Shown here in pieces: positions 1-9,082 of a stretch of DNA of 27,957 nucleotides. Position numbers and translations under genes: made by a program. Within the stretch, counting starts at the first letter, position 1. Every line of letters begins with the position of its first letter. Source of the DNA: an archaeon. Its GTDB lineage: Archaea; Iainarchaeota; Iainarchaeia; Iainarchaeales; 1-14-0-10-31-34. Location: positions 1 through 27,957 of the forward strand of contig JBDRFE010000074.1 in NCBI GenBank assembly GCA_043819075.1, read 5' to 3'. The notes beneath the pieces were generated by a model. The model did no database searches. It saw only the letters and a list, made by a program, of their open reading frames with translations, and was not told the origin of the DNA.

Positions 1-2706
1 TGGTGTTGTTGTTGTGCTGGAATATATTGCTGTTGCGCATTGTCCTCCGGTTGCTGCAGAGCCGTATCTTGTAATGCTTTGCATTGTTCCGGGTTGGTTT
101 AAATAAAATATTCCACAGCGTTTTGCTGGTCCGCTGGAGTATGCGCTTGTTCTGTTTGTATTGTTTCCAATAATTGGGTCTAATACTGCTGTTACATTCC
201 CGCATGCTGCTGTGTTGCAAGTAACTGTTGTTGTAAAAGTAAAAGCTTGATTTTGAGTTACATTTGAATCAGCTATTGGAGTAACTCTGTTTGCAGTAAT
301 TGTTGCTGTTGGTGCAGGGCAGTTGTCTCCTGTTGTGTCATTGCATGTTCCCCATGCTCCTGAAACGCATGTTTGTGTGCCTGGACAGGATTGTGTTGTT
401 GTACAGTTTTGTGTTGTTCCGTTAACGCATGTTCCGCATGCAGTTGTTTGGTAAGTTCCAGAACAGCAATAACCGCTTGTTCTGTATGCTCCGCTGCAAT
501 AACAGTATGAAGTGATTTGGCCTTCAGTGCAAGTTGGGCAGGAATCTGTTGTAATGTCATTGCATGCTCCCCATACCCCAGAAGAACAGGTTTGTGTTCC
601 TGCACAGTTTGCTGTTGTTGTACAGTTTTGTGTTGTTCCGCTTGTACACGGAGTTGTAGTGAACTGGAAGTTTACATCTCTTGAAGCTGTTAGTGTAATG
701 CTGTTTTGTGTTTGTGTCTGGCCTGAATAAACTGCAATCACACTATATGGATTATGTTCTGTTGTTGTTATTACGCTGTTTAAGCCATTTACATCAAATT
801 CTGATAAAGCTAAAACTGCTTTTCCTTGCGAGTTTGTTGTGGCAGTGTTTGTCCTGTTTCCTGCATCTCTTACTGTAATTGTTGCATTAGCCAAGGGATT
901 ATTGCTTTGGTCTTTTACATTGACTGTCATAAACCATTGGACTGTGTAATGGAATGTCCTGCCATAGTAATCTCTTGGATCGTATCCTTCAAATTTGTTG
1001 TTTGTAAAAAAGTGATTCATTGAAGGATAATTGGTTGAGTTCCAAAAATTTATGAACTTTCTGCTGGAAATGCTTGGCTGAACTAACCTAAATATATTGT
1101 TTGTAAAATATACTCCTGAACTTGCATCCCAGTTAATGACTACTCCGTGTTGATTGCTTTCAAATACATTGTCATAAATATATATTTTTTTGTTGCTTGC
1201 TGATCCCAGCCCTCCTATTAATTCCACTCCAGCTGCATAGTTGTCGTAATTAGTGCTTCTGGTTGTAGGAAAAAAAGCGTAAAAATAATTATTGAATACA
1301 TGAATGTTTATGTCGTCAACTACTGTGCTTACTGTCAGCCCTGCTGCATTGCCTAATACTTGGTGTGCATAACTGTATACTGTGTTGTTGTATACTCTTG
1401 CATTTCTTGGGCTGCCTTCAAGTTGAATTGCGTGTGATGGCAGGCCTCCAGAGTATTCAATGTTTGGACCGTCAACTACTCTGATAAAATTGTCGTGGAT
1501 TATCGCACCCGGCCTGTTGATGTGCAGTCCTCTTCCTTTTCCGTCAATTGTGTTTCCATAAACTTCAATGCCTATTACTGCAGTTGATATTGCATAATTG
1601 TTTGAAAACAATCCATTCATTTTTAAAGTATTATTGTATATTTTTGCATTGACTCCTGCACAGTCTGAGTCAGGGTTTATTCCTACTTGGGGTCCTCCAA
1701 CCAATAAATTATCGTGTACAAGTATATTCCCGCAGCCTCCGCCTATATTAAGCATTGAATTTCCTGGATACTCTCTGTTCCACAAAAATGTTACTGCACT
1801 ATGGAATTCGTTGTCGTAAACATCAAGATTGATTGCCCCCCAGCTCACCAGGTTTTCTGAGTCATCTCCCCAGACAAAAACATTTAAGTCATGGACTTTA
1901 TGGTTTGATAGCCTTAACTTTATTCCATGAGATTCTCTTCCTTTTGCTGCTCCTTGTTTTATTGAGCCATTGTATATTTCTAGTGCCTGTCCGCTTCCAA
2001 AAACCGGTGCGCCAGGATACCTGTATTGATTGCTGGTTCCGGGCATTATCACTCCATAACTGTTTGAGGTTTTTATTTCAACGTCGTCAACGTAATCGCT
2101 TCCTGCCGCAGTAATTCTTATTCTGACACTGGTTGAGCTTCCCACAGAAAAATAGCAGTCAATGAAAGTCCAAGAGTTAACCGCAGCCAAATTTTTGGGT
2201 GGGGCTTCACAGGGAAACTCTGTTCCGGTTGAAGCGTCGATTGCTCGAATTGTTGTGCTTGTGCTTGGCCTGGTGCTGGCAAAACCGTATACTACATACT
2301 GCCTGTTTGGAGAAACAGTTATTGGGTCTGAAGTCATTGTTCCGGCTGAAGTAAATCGCAAAGAATATGACCCTCTTCTAGGGTTTGTTGTTGTGATTGT
2401 TCCTGTTCCGGTCCATCCGCCGGTTGATTCAAAGCCTAGGTTTGGTGGTTCAACAAACGGTGAGTTTCCGTAAATTATTGTATGGCCTCTTAAGTCAAGT
2501 TTGTCGTTTTCTCCTGTAACCCATACTGCTGTGTGGTCGCAGGTTAAATTTCCTTCCAGCCTGTACTCCCAGTTTGACTGGCTTAAATTCTGTCCGCAGG
2601 AAGTAACCACAGTGCAGTTGGAAACACCATTGCATGCGCCTGGTTCAGCTGAAACTGTTTGAATAAACAAAAGCAGAATAAAAAATAAAATAAAACTGTT
2701 TTTCAT
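1..2706 (-). CDS. Large secreted/surface protein, 3'-truncated by the window edge (>902 aa): signal peptide, right-handed beta-helix with inserted CBM-like module, Ig-like domain, Cys-rich repeats
   Basis: Translated manually: ATG at 2706, no stop down to base 1 (absent from the ORF track). N-term MKNSFILFFILLLFIQTVSA is signal-peptide-like. Beta-helix-type repeats include VYDNEFH, VHDNLL, IYNNTL, VYGNTI, IHDNFI, VYNNTV, VFNNYF, IYDNVF, FTNNIF. Ig-like segment VNVKDQSNNPLANATITV..TTNSQG. Confidence 0.92.
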   Translation of the reverse strand, partial: MKNSFILFFILLLFIQTVSAEPGACNGVSNCTVVTSCGQNLSQSNWEYRLEGNLTCDHTAVWVTGENDKLDLRGHTIIYGNSPFVEPPNLGFESTGGWTGTGTITTTNPRRGSYSLRFTSAGTMTSDPITVSPNRQYVVYGFASTRPSTSTTIRAIDASTGTEFPCEAPPKNLAAVNSWTFIDCYFSVGSSTSVRIRITAAGSDYVDDVEIKTSNSYGVIMPGTSNQYRYPGAPVFGSGQALEIYNGSIKQGAAKGRESHGIKLRLSNHKVHDLNVFVWGDDSENLVSWGAINLDVYDNEFHSAVTFLWNREYPGNSMLNIGGGCGNILVHDNLLVGGPQVGINPDSDCAGVNAKIYNNTLKMNGLFSNNYAISTAVIGIEVYGNTIDGKGRGLHINRPGAIIHDNFIRVVDGPNIEYSGGLPSHAIQLEGSPRNARVYNNTVYSYAHQVLGNAAGLTVSTVVDDINIHVFNNYFYAFFPTTRSTNYDNYAAGVELIGGLGSASNKKIYIYDNVFESNQHGVVINWDASSGVYFTNNIFRLVQPSISSRKFINFWNSTNYPSMNHFFTNNKFEGYDPRDYYGRTFHYTVQWFMTVNVKDQSNNPLANATITVRDAGNRTNTATTNSQGKAVLALSEFDVNGLNSVITTTEHNPYSVIAVYSGQTQTQNSITLTASRDVNFQFTTTPCTSGTTQNCTTTANCAGTQTCSSGVWGACNDITTDSCPTCTEGQITSYCYCSGAYRTSGYCCSGTYQTTACGTCVNGTTQNCTTTQSCPGTQTCVSGAWGTCNDTTGDNCPAPTATITANRVTPIADSNVTQNQAFTFTTTVTCNTAACGNVTAVLDPIIGNNTNRTSAYSSGPAKRCGIFYLNQPGTMQSITRYGSAATGGQCATAIYSSTTTTP
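316..648 (-). repeat. Two 38-aa Cys-rich repeats (535-648 and 316-429) inside the large surface gene
   Basis: CTSGTTQNCTTTANCAGTQTCSSGVWGACNDITTDSCP vs CVNGTTQNCTTTQSCPGTQTCVSGAWGTCNDTTGDNCP; 27/38 identical, 219-nt period. Confidence 0.9.
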
Positions 2707-2860
2707 TTTTTCCCTTTAATGAATTTTTTAATTTAATGAATTTTTTTATCTTAAAAATAAAGGTCTTTCTGCATTTAAATCTTTCTGTTTTTCCCTTTAA
2801 TGAATTTTTTGTTTAACCTTTTTTTTGTTGTTAAAATAAAGTTGTCTCTTCATTTAAACA
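2707..2860. repeat. 81-bp-period duplication of the upstream region of the large minus-strand gene
   Basis: TTTTTCCCTTTAATGAATTTTTT is identical at 2707-2729 and 2788-2810; both copies continue ...AAAATAAAG...CATTTAAA. Confidence 0.8.
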
Positions 2861-3036
2861 AATTTTTTTTAATTCTTTTCACAGAACAAATAAAATAATT
2901 AAATCGTATTTTTTTTTTGAACAAATAAAACGCTTAAATCGTTTTTTTCTTTTTTGTGTTAATGCGTTTTATTTGTGTTTTATTGAAGCAAATTCTGTTT
3001 TATTTTTTTTTGTGTTAATTGCTTTATTGAAGTAAA

Positions 3037-3150
3037 TCCTGTTTTGCAGAAAGAAATAAAAACAATTAAAGTGTATTTATTAGATAATATTAGATAAATT
3101 TCCTGTTTTGCAGAAAGAAATAAAAACAATTAAAGTGTATTCTATTAGAT
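3037..3150. repeat. 41-bp perfect direct repeat, 64-bp period
   Basis: TCCTGTTTTGCAGAAAGAAATAAAAACAATTAAAGTGTATT at 3037-3077 and 3101-3141, each followed by TATTAGAT (after one extra C in the second copy). Confidence 0.9.
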
Positions 3151-3191
3151 GAAAATTGTATTTTGTTAAATGATTGTTGTTGGATGATTGA

Positions 3192-5903
3192 ATGAATTTA
3201 GGAAAGTTTTTTGTTTTATTCTTTTTTTTCTTGTTTTTTTCACTTAATGCTTTTGCTGCTTATCATGTTGAAATGGAAAATGTTTCAATCACAACAGTTG
3301 CAAACCCTTTTCCAACTTCGTATGGCGGCTTAAACGGCTTTACCCCTATTGGCCAAAATGCTTACTGGGGAACACTACCCCTCCCTGTCACACTTGAAAG
3401 AAGTGATCCGCCTTATCCACCTAATATACCGCCCGACTGGATTGAATTCAGATTCACTTTAAGGAATCTTTCAACAAATGATTCAGGCGAAGATCTGCCC
3501 CTAGCAGGATTTTCTATGAGAATTGACTTGGATTACAGAATGAATGAAAATCTTCCTGGCTTTAATTTTCAGTTTGATGATCCAAGTAGTTCAGGCGCTG
3601 TAGGAAGTGCAGACGGCTGGTTTCTTGTTATTGACCATCCAGTTGCGCCGAGTTTTGCCTATAACGGAACAAAAGAGTTTGCCTTCAGATTTCCCTTAAA
3701 TGAGATAAGAAATAGAACAGGCACAAATGAGATAAGGGCAATTGGAAGTACTATTGATTTCGGCGGAGGAAACAGTGAATTAATTCAGCTTTCAACTGGC
3801 GGGTACCCTCAAATAAGAATCCATGATCCATTGTATGTTCCTCCTCCGCCAGCACCTTATGACCTTGATATTTATGTTGACCCTTTAACCTGCATTGACC
3901 CTTTAACCGGCAACCCTGTTATAGGATTCCCTCTCAATCAAACAGGCGAAAGAAATTACCCTGGCTATGATCCAATTAGATGTGATTCAATTGACTCTAA
4001 CACTATTTACTACCAATTAATTTTTGAGGATATGAACGCATGGCACAATCTTGTAAACGGGTATCACTTGAAAATAAATTATTTTAATTTTACCTGCGAT
4101 AACGGCATTCACCCTATTCTTGGAGGAAGCAGGACAAAGCATTACCAGGACGGATATTTTAATGTTGGTACTGGTGAAGGAATCCAGTACATTGATTATC
4201 CTCCTACATGCAATTTTTTGCATTATGCTTCAAACCAGTCAGGCCACACTGACTGCATGGTTTCTCCTGCAAGTAGGTTCCCCGAATATTCTTTTCCCCC
4301 AGGCTATGCTGCTATTGCAAATTGCCCTGCAGGAAACTCTTGCCCTGCACAGGACCAGAATGTTTATTATAATACAACTTATTTTACTTTCAGAAAATAC
4401 TTGAATCCAGATGAATTCACTTTGCAGTCTGGCATACTCAACAGAAAGTATTTTCAGGGAACTATTACTAATGCTGCCACTGGAGGAAACTTTTTGTGCA
4501 GATTAACTGGCATAGACTATACTTTGTTTAATGGAAGTGGCACGCCACTTGCTACAAGGGCATTAAATGCAGTCCGTGTTGTTTATGACGGAAGCAATAC
4601 TGGTGCAGCAGATGGTGCAGGAAATTATTTTTACAGGCTGATAAAACTTGACGGCCATGACGCTTTTGTTATCAAAAACGGGACTTTTATGCCTTCAAGC
4701 CCTTATGTCAGGCCTTTAAAGCCTTGGACTGTAGAGCTTCCGATTAGAAATAATGGCATTCCATGGGATGGAGCAACAGAAAAAGATGTTTTATATGTTG
4801 ATGTAAATGTTATCAGCGATTCCTGGAATGTGTCAGGCCAGACAATAACTATTGGTGGTGCTTCATCTGATTATTCTTTGCTTGACACTGATGTAGACCA
4901 GCTTTTTATTGTGTCTTTTCCAATCCTGAATGAAGGCTTATACCATCAGTTTCTTACTGCAAGTGCAATGTTTGTAAAGCTTTATGACAAGAATCAGTGG
5001 ATTTTTGATTTGACTCCTGAAAGCGCTATCTCTAATCTAAGGTTGATTACAATTCTTGCCCCGGAAGTTTATGAGATTCTTGGTGACTCGTGTTTCACTG
5101 ACCCAAACTGGGATATATTGTGCTGGTGGAATTACCTTCCTTATAGGTTATCTCCTGTTGACCTTAACGCAAATTCTGATATTGATTTTATTTTAAGGCA
5201 GAGGAATCCTTTTGATGTCAATGAATTTTTTGACTTGACTCATTATACTAATGCCCCGACTAATGCAAGGCTTGAATTTAATCCTCAAAGAAATTTTGTC
5301 CCGTCTTTTACTTCTGGAACTTTTGGTTACAGGTATTCTGTTATGACTTTAAAGAACCCAAGATGGATTAGGTCTGACACAAATTATCAGGTAGTTACTA
5401 CTTCAGTTAATTATCCTTATGTCTGGGATGACTTAAAAGTTGAGTTCAAGAATTTCTCGCATAACCTGAAAATTGAATCTTTTACTGTAAGCCCACAGAG
5501 AGACCAGTATTCTTTGGGAGAAGAACTTGATTTCAGGCTGGATATAAATAACACAGGCAACATTGCTGAACGAGACATTAATTTTTTGGTGGTTTCTTCA
5601 ATGGACCCAAGCATCAGGTTTTATGCGCCTGCAGGATTAGACTGGCCTGGCGGAGTAAATATTATCAATCCAGGCCAGATAATAACTTTTGTTGGAACCC
5701 TGCCTGCAATTCCGTCCAAGAATGTTTTTGTTATTGAGGCAACAGTTAATTCTGTTCCTTTTGAGGCAACTACAGCAGACAACTCTGAAAAGATTGTGAT
5801 TACAACAGAGTATTCAGGTAATGTTTCTGCTTTGCCTGAAACAAACTATTTTTTTGTTGCATTTATTGTATTTTTTGTATTGTTTGTGGTGATAAAAAAA
5901 TGA
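3192..5903 (+). CDS. Cell-surface protein with signal peptide, C-terminal CARDB/Ig-like domain and LPETN-TM-KK anchor
   Basis: Hydrophobic N-term ending AFA; Pro linker YVPPPPAP; CARDB-like NLKIESFTVSP..GEELDFRLDINNTGN..E....DN; C-term LPETNYFFVAFIVFFVLFVVIKK. Confidence 0.85.
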   Translation: MNLGKFFVLFFFFLFFSLNAFAAYHVEMENVSITTVANPFPTSYGGLNGFTPIGQNAYWGTLPLPVTLERSDPPYPPNIPPDWIEFRFTLRNLSTNDSGEDLPLAGFSMRIDLDYRMNENLPGFNFQFDDPSSSGAVGSADGWFLVIDHPVAPSFAYNGTKEFAFRFPLNEIRNRTGTNEIRAIGSTIDFGGGNSELIQLSTGGYPQIRIHDPLYVPPPPAPYDLDIYVDPLTCIDPLTGNPVIGFPLNQTGERNYPGYDPIRCDSIDSNTIYYQLIFEDMNAWHNLVNGYHLKINYFNFTCDNGIHPILGGSRTKHYQDGYFNVGTGEGIQYIDYPPTCNFLHYASNQSGHTDCMVSPASRFPEYSFPPGYAAIANCPAGNSCPAQDQNVYYNTTYFTFRKYLNPDEFTLQSGILNRKYFQGTITNAATGGNFLCRLTGIDYTLFNGSGTPLATRALNAVRVVYDGSNTGAADGAGNYFYRLIKLDGHDAFVIKNGTFMPSSPYVRPLKPWTVELPIRNNGIPWDGATEKDVLYVDVNVISDSWNVSGQTITIGGASSDYSLLDTDVDQLFIVSFPILNEGLYHQFLTASAMFVKLYDKNQWIFDLTPESAISNLRLITILAPEVYEILGDSCFTDPNWDILCWWNYLPYRLSPVDLNANSDIDFILRQRNPFDVNEFFDLTHYTNAPTNARLEFNPQRNFVPSFTSGTFGYRYSVMTLKNPRWIRSDTNYQVVTTSVNYPYVWDDLKVEFKNFSHNLKIESFTVSPQRDQYSLGEELDFRLDINNTGNIAERDINFLVVSSMDPSIRFYAPAGLDWPGGVNIINPGQIITFVGTLPAIPSKNVFVIEATVNSVPFEATTADNSEKIVITTEYSGNVSALPETNYFFVAFIVFFVLFVVIKK

Positions 5904-6532
5904 AAAAAATATTTTTGTTTATTGCATTAATCTGTTTTCTTTCAGTTGTTAATGCTTTAGAGGAAAGCCCTTTTCCTAAAGAGGATTTCAGCCAGAGAAT
6001 GAATAATGCGATTTCACATAACAGACTGCAGGTTAATTTAAGGACTCCGACTGACGAGTTAGGTCAGATAAACCAGGAATTGCTTGAACTAAACGAACAA
6101 AAGCTTGCAAAACTTGATGAATTAAAAGAACAGGCAGTAAAAGAATACAGTGTTTTTTTTGACGCATATTATGCAGGGGATTCAGTTAAAGCCCATGAAC
6201 AGATTGACAAGTTAACTTCAATTTTAGATGAAATGAGTTCTTTGATGATTACTATAGTTAAATTTGATGAAATCAAGGCAAACATTTTTTACTGGGGAAT
6301 TCACTTGGATAATTTAATTAAACAAGGAGTGTTTATTGACGACAATAACACTGATTCAAGGACAATTCAGGCAATAAAAGAAAAAACAGGTTTTGATTCA
6401 AATGTCTCTGACCCTGACAAAAATCAGTTTAAGCCTGGTGACGGAAAAGGATTTGATTTATTGATTCCTTTTGCAGTAGTGCTTGTTTTGATTGTGTTTG
6501 GAATAATTTATTTCATTTTCATGAAACGATGA
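5900..6532 (+). CDS. Secreted helical/coiled-coil protein with C-terminal membrane anchor
   Basis: Signal peptide MKKIFLFIALICFLSVVNA; C-terminal TM plus KR; ATGA overlap with the upstream gene. Confidence 0.8.
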   Translation: MKKIFLFIALICFLSVVNALEESPFPKEDFSQRMNNAISHNRLQVNLRTPTDELGQINQELLELNEQKLAKLDELKEQAVKEYSVFFDAYYAGDSVKAHEQIDKLTSILDEMSSLMITIVKFDEIKANIFYWGIHLDNLIKQGVFIDDNNTDSRTIQAIKEKTGFDSNVSDPDKNQFKPGDGKGFDLLIPFAVVLVLIVFGIIYFIFMKR

Positions 6533-6606
6533 AATTAATAAATTTTCCTTTTAAATGTTTTTATTTGTAAAGGAATTAATGGATTTTTTTTTTGGAGGAA
6601 TTTAGA

Positions 6607-7860
6607 ATGCCTGACATTAAAGATGAAAAGCTTTCAGCTAAAGGAAAACAGAGAATTGAATGGGCTGAAAAACACATGCCTGTTTTACGTTTGATTAAGG
6701 AAAGGTTTGAAAAAGAAAAACCTTTAAAGGGATTAAAGATTGGAGCATGCCTGCATGTTACAACAGAGACAGCAAACTTAATGCGAACATTAAAGGCTGG
6801 AGGGGCTGAAGTAAAATTGTGTGCTTCAAATCCTTTAAGCACTCAAGATGATGTTGCAGCAGCTTTAGTGAAAGAATATGGCATAGATGTTTATGCTATT
6901 ACAGGAGAATCAAATGACCTTTATTATAAGCACATTAATTCTGTTTTGGATTCAAAGCCAAACATTACAATGGATGACGGAGCAGACTTAGTTTCAACTA
7001 TTCATTCAAAGAGAACCGAGTGCCTGAAAGCCATTATTGCCGGAACAGAAGAAACCACAACAGGGGTAATAAGATTCAAGGCAATGGAAAGGGATAAAGT
7101 TTTGAAATACCCTATTATTGCAGTGAATGATGCCACAACAAAATTTATGTTTGACAACAGGTATGGAACAGGGCAAAGCACTTTAGACGGAATTATTCGT
7201 GCAACAAATGTTTTGATTGCAGGAAAAAATGTTGTTGTAGCAGGATACGGCTGGTGCGGAAGAGGCTTTGCTTTAAAGGCAAAAGGAATGGGAGCAAACG
7301 TAACAGTAACAGAAGTTGATGCATTAAAGGCTCTTGAAGCAAGAATGGATGGCTTTATTGTTGAGCCAATGAATGATGCATGCAGGAAAGCAGACTTAAT
7401 TGTTACTTTAACAGGTGACATTAATGTAATTGACAAGCATCATTTTGAGTTAATGAAACCTGAATGCATTATAGCTAATTCAGGGCACTTTAATGTTGAA
7501 ATAAATCTTAAGGCATTAGAAGAAATAAAGAAGTCAAAAAGAAAAGTAAGGGATTTTGTTGAAGAATACACTTTGACTGACGGAAAAAAAATTTATATTT
7601 TAGGTGAAGGAAGGCTGATTAATTTGGCTGCAGCTGAAGGCCATCCTGCTGATGTAATGGACATGAGTTTTGCTAATCAGGCTTTGAGTGCAGAATATAT
7701 TGTTAAAAGCAAGGGAAAGCTTGAAAGCAAAGTTTATGTTGTGCCGGAAGACATTGACAAAAACATTGCTAAATTAAAGCTTGCTTCAATGGGAATCAAG
7801 ATTGATGTTTTAACTGAACAACAGAAAAAGTACTTGTCTTCTTGGGAAACCGGAACATAA
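6607..7860 (+). CDS. ahcY: S-adenosylhomocysteine hydrolase
   Basis: Motifs [60 protein letters not shown]. Start moved to ATG 6607 because GGAGGA lies at 6594-6599. Confidence 0.97.
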   Translation: MPDIKDEKLSAKGKQRIEWAEKHMPVLRLIKERFEKEKPLKGLKIGACLHVTTETANLMRTLKAGGAEVKLCASNPLSTQDDVAAALVKEYGIDVYAITGESNDLYYKHINSVLDSKPNITMDDGADLVSTIHSKRTECLKAIIAGTEETTTGVIRFKAMERDKVLKYPIIAVNDATTKFMFDNRYGTGQSTLDGIIRATNVLIAGKNVVVAGYGWCGRGFALKAKGMGANVTVTEVDALKALEARMDGFIVEPMNDACRKADLIVTLTGDINVIDKHHFELMKPECIIANSGHFNVEINLKALEEIKKSKRKVRDFVEEYTLTDGKKIYILGEGRLINLAAAEGHPADVMDMSFANQALSAEYIVKSKGKLESKVYVVPEDIDKNIAKLKLASMGIKIDVLTEQQKKYLSSWETGT

Positions 7861-7892
7861 ACTTTAAATAAAACATTTACCTATTTTATTCA

Positions 7893-8384
7893 ATGGCCGC
7901 AAGAAAACCTGATTTAGTAAGAAGAAGCCTTGAATTAACCAGAAGAAGAAGGAACTTACAGTTAACCAGAAAAAGGCAGCGTGAACAGCAACTGAAAGAA
8001 CAGCAAAAACGCATTCAAGCCCTGCATGAAAAATTACGTTTGGCTGAACAAAGAAAGGCTTTAGGCAGGGCAGGACTTGTTCCTGACATAGCAGAAGCTG
8101 TTTTGCCTGCCGGGCAAGTTGCTTTGAAAAGAAAAGCTAACCCTGATTTATTTGCCGAAGCAAGAAAAAACATGACTACAACCCAAAAGCAGCTGGAAGA
8201 AAGTTCTTTAAATAAAGTCAGGGGAAACTGGAAAAAAACTTTGAATGAAAAACATAAGCGTGCATTAATGCGTGTAAGGGAACTTCAGGCAAAATTGAAG
8301 GAATCTAAAAGCAGTTATTTGAGCACTCAGCTGGAACTGGAAATAGCTGAGCTAACAAGAAAATTTGGTTTGAATAATCTTTAA
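7893..8384 (+). CDS. Hypothetical basic coiled-coil protein
   Basis: 163-aa ORF; TTTAAATA at 7863-7870; R/K/Q-rich helical sequence; no family recognised. Confidence 0.7.
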   Translation: MAARKPDLVRRSLELTRRRRNLQLTRKRQREQQLKEQQKRIQALHEKLRLAEQRKALGRAGLVPDIAEAVLPAGQVALKRKANPDLFAEARKNMTTTQKQLEESSLNKVRGNWKKTLNEKHKRALMRVRELQAKLKESKSSYLSTQLELEIAELTRKFGLNNL

Positions 8385-8395
8385 GGAGGGATTTT

Positions 8396-8536
8396 GTGAA
8401 AAAAAAGAAAAAATCAGTGAAAAAGGTTTCAGGCAAAAAACCTGAAAAAAAAGCAGTGACAGTGAAAAAAGAAGACAAGAAAAAGAGTTTTTCCGAGACA
8501 ATAATGGATTTGCTCAAAGGATTCAATAAAGGATAA
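8396..8536 (+). CDS. Small Lys-rich protein (46 aa)
   Basis: GGAGGG SD then GTG at 8396; MKKKKKSVKKVSGKKPEKKAVTVKKEDKKKSFSETIMDLLKGFNKG; fills the gap between same-strand genes. Confidence 0.6.
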   Translation: MKKKKKSVKKVSGKKPEKKAVTVKKEDKKKSFSETIMDLLKGFNKG

Positions 8537-8561
8537 AAAGCTTTTTCTTCTTTGTTTTTTT

Positions 8562-9041
8562 ATGAGAAAGCTTTCAGTGTTTAAGACAAGCACGCCTAAC
8601 TCGCTTAGCAAATGGCACAAGATAAGGAATCCTTTTCGTGTTGCCTTAAATTTTACTTTAATTTTTGTTTCAAAATACCTTCCATCCCTTGCATTAAAGC
8701 GTTTTCTGCTGAGGCTGACTGGAATGAAAATTGAATCAAATGTTTCTATTGCAACAGGAGTTTCATTTGATTTTTTCTGGCCTGAATTAATTGAATTAAA
8801 AGAAAACTCTTTGATTGGATTTAATTCAACTGTTTTAGCGCATGAATTTTTAATCCACGAATACAGGATTGGAAAAACTGTTATTGGAAAAAATGTTTTA
8901 ATCGGGGTTAATTCAACTATTCTTGCAGGCGTTGAAATCCACGATAACTCTGTTGTCGGCGCAATGAGTTTGGTTAACTCTGATGTGCCGAAAAACTCTT
9001 TTTTTGCAGGCGTTCCAGCAAAACAAATAAAAACCTTTTAA
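8562..9041 (+). CDS. yvoF: Hexapeptide-repeat O-acetyltransferase, YvoF-like
   Basis: N-term MRK..NSL and core PELI..ENSLIGFNSTVLAHEFLIHEYRIGK.VIG closely resemble B. subtilis YvoF as recalled (ILAHEYLIHEYRIGKV); C-term DVP....GVPAK. Confidence 0.75.
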   Translation: MRKLSVFKTSTPNSLSKWHKIRNPFRVALNFTLIFVSKYLPSLALKRFLLRLTGMKIESNVSIATGVSFDFFWPELIELKENSLIGFNSTVLAHEFLIHEYRIGKTVIGKNVLIGVNSTILAGVEIHDNSVVGAMSLVNSDVPKNSFFAGVPAKQIKTF

Positions 9042-9082
9042 TCTTTTTTAATTTATAAAGAAATTGAAATGGAGTTGGTTGA

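Noticed and set aside
273..2473. Short ORFs in the track (273-605 minus; 512-730, 826-1023, 1598-1819, 1833-2114, 2162-2473 plus)
   Set aside because: All are alternative-frame or antisense shadows of the uninterrupted minus-strand gene at 1-2706.
3037..3150. Mini-CRISPR or replication origin (ORB) interpretation
   Set aside because: Only two copies, and the intervening 23 bp partly repeats flanking sequence (TATTAGAT); no recognisable ORB/G-string motif and no cdc6/orc1 in the window.
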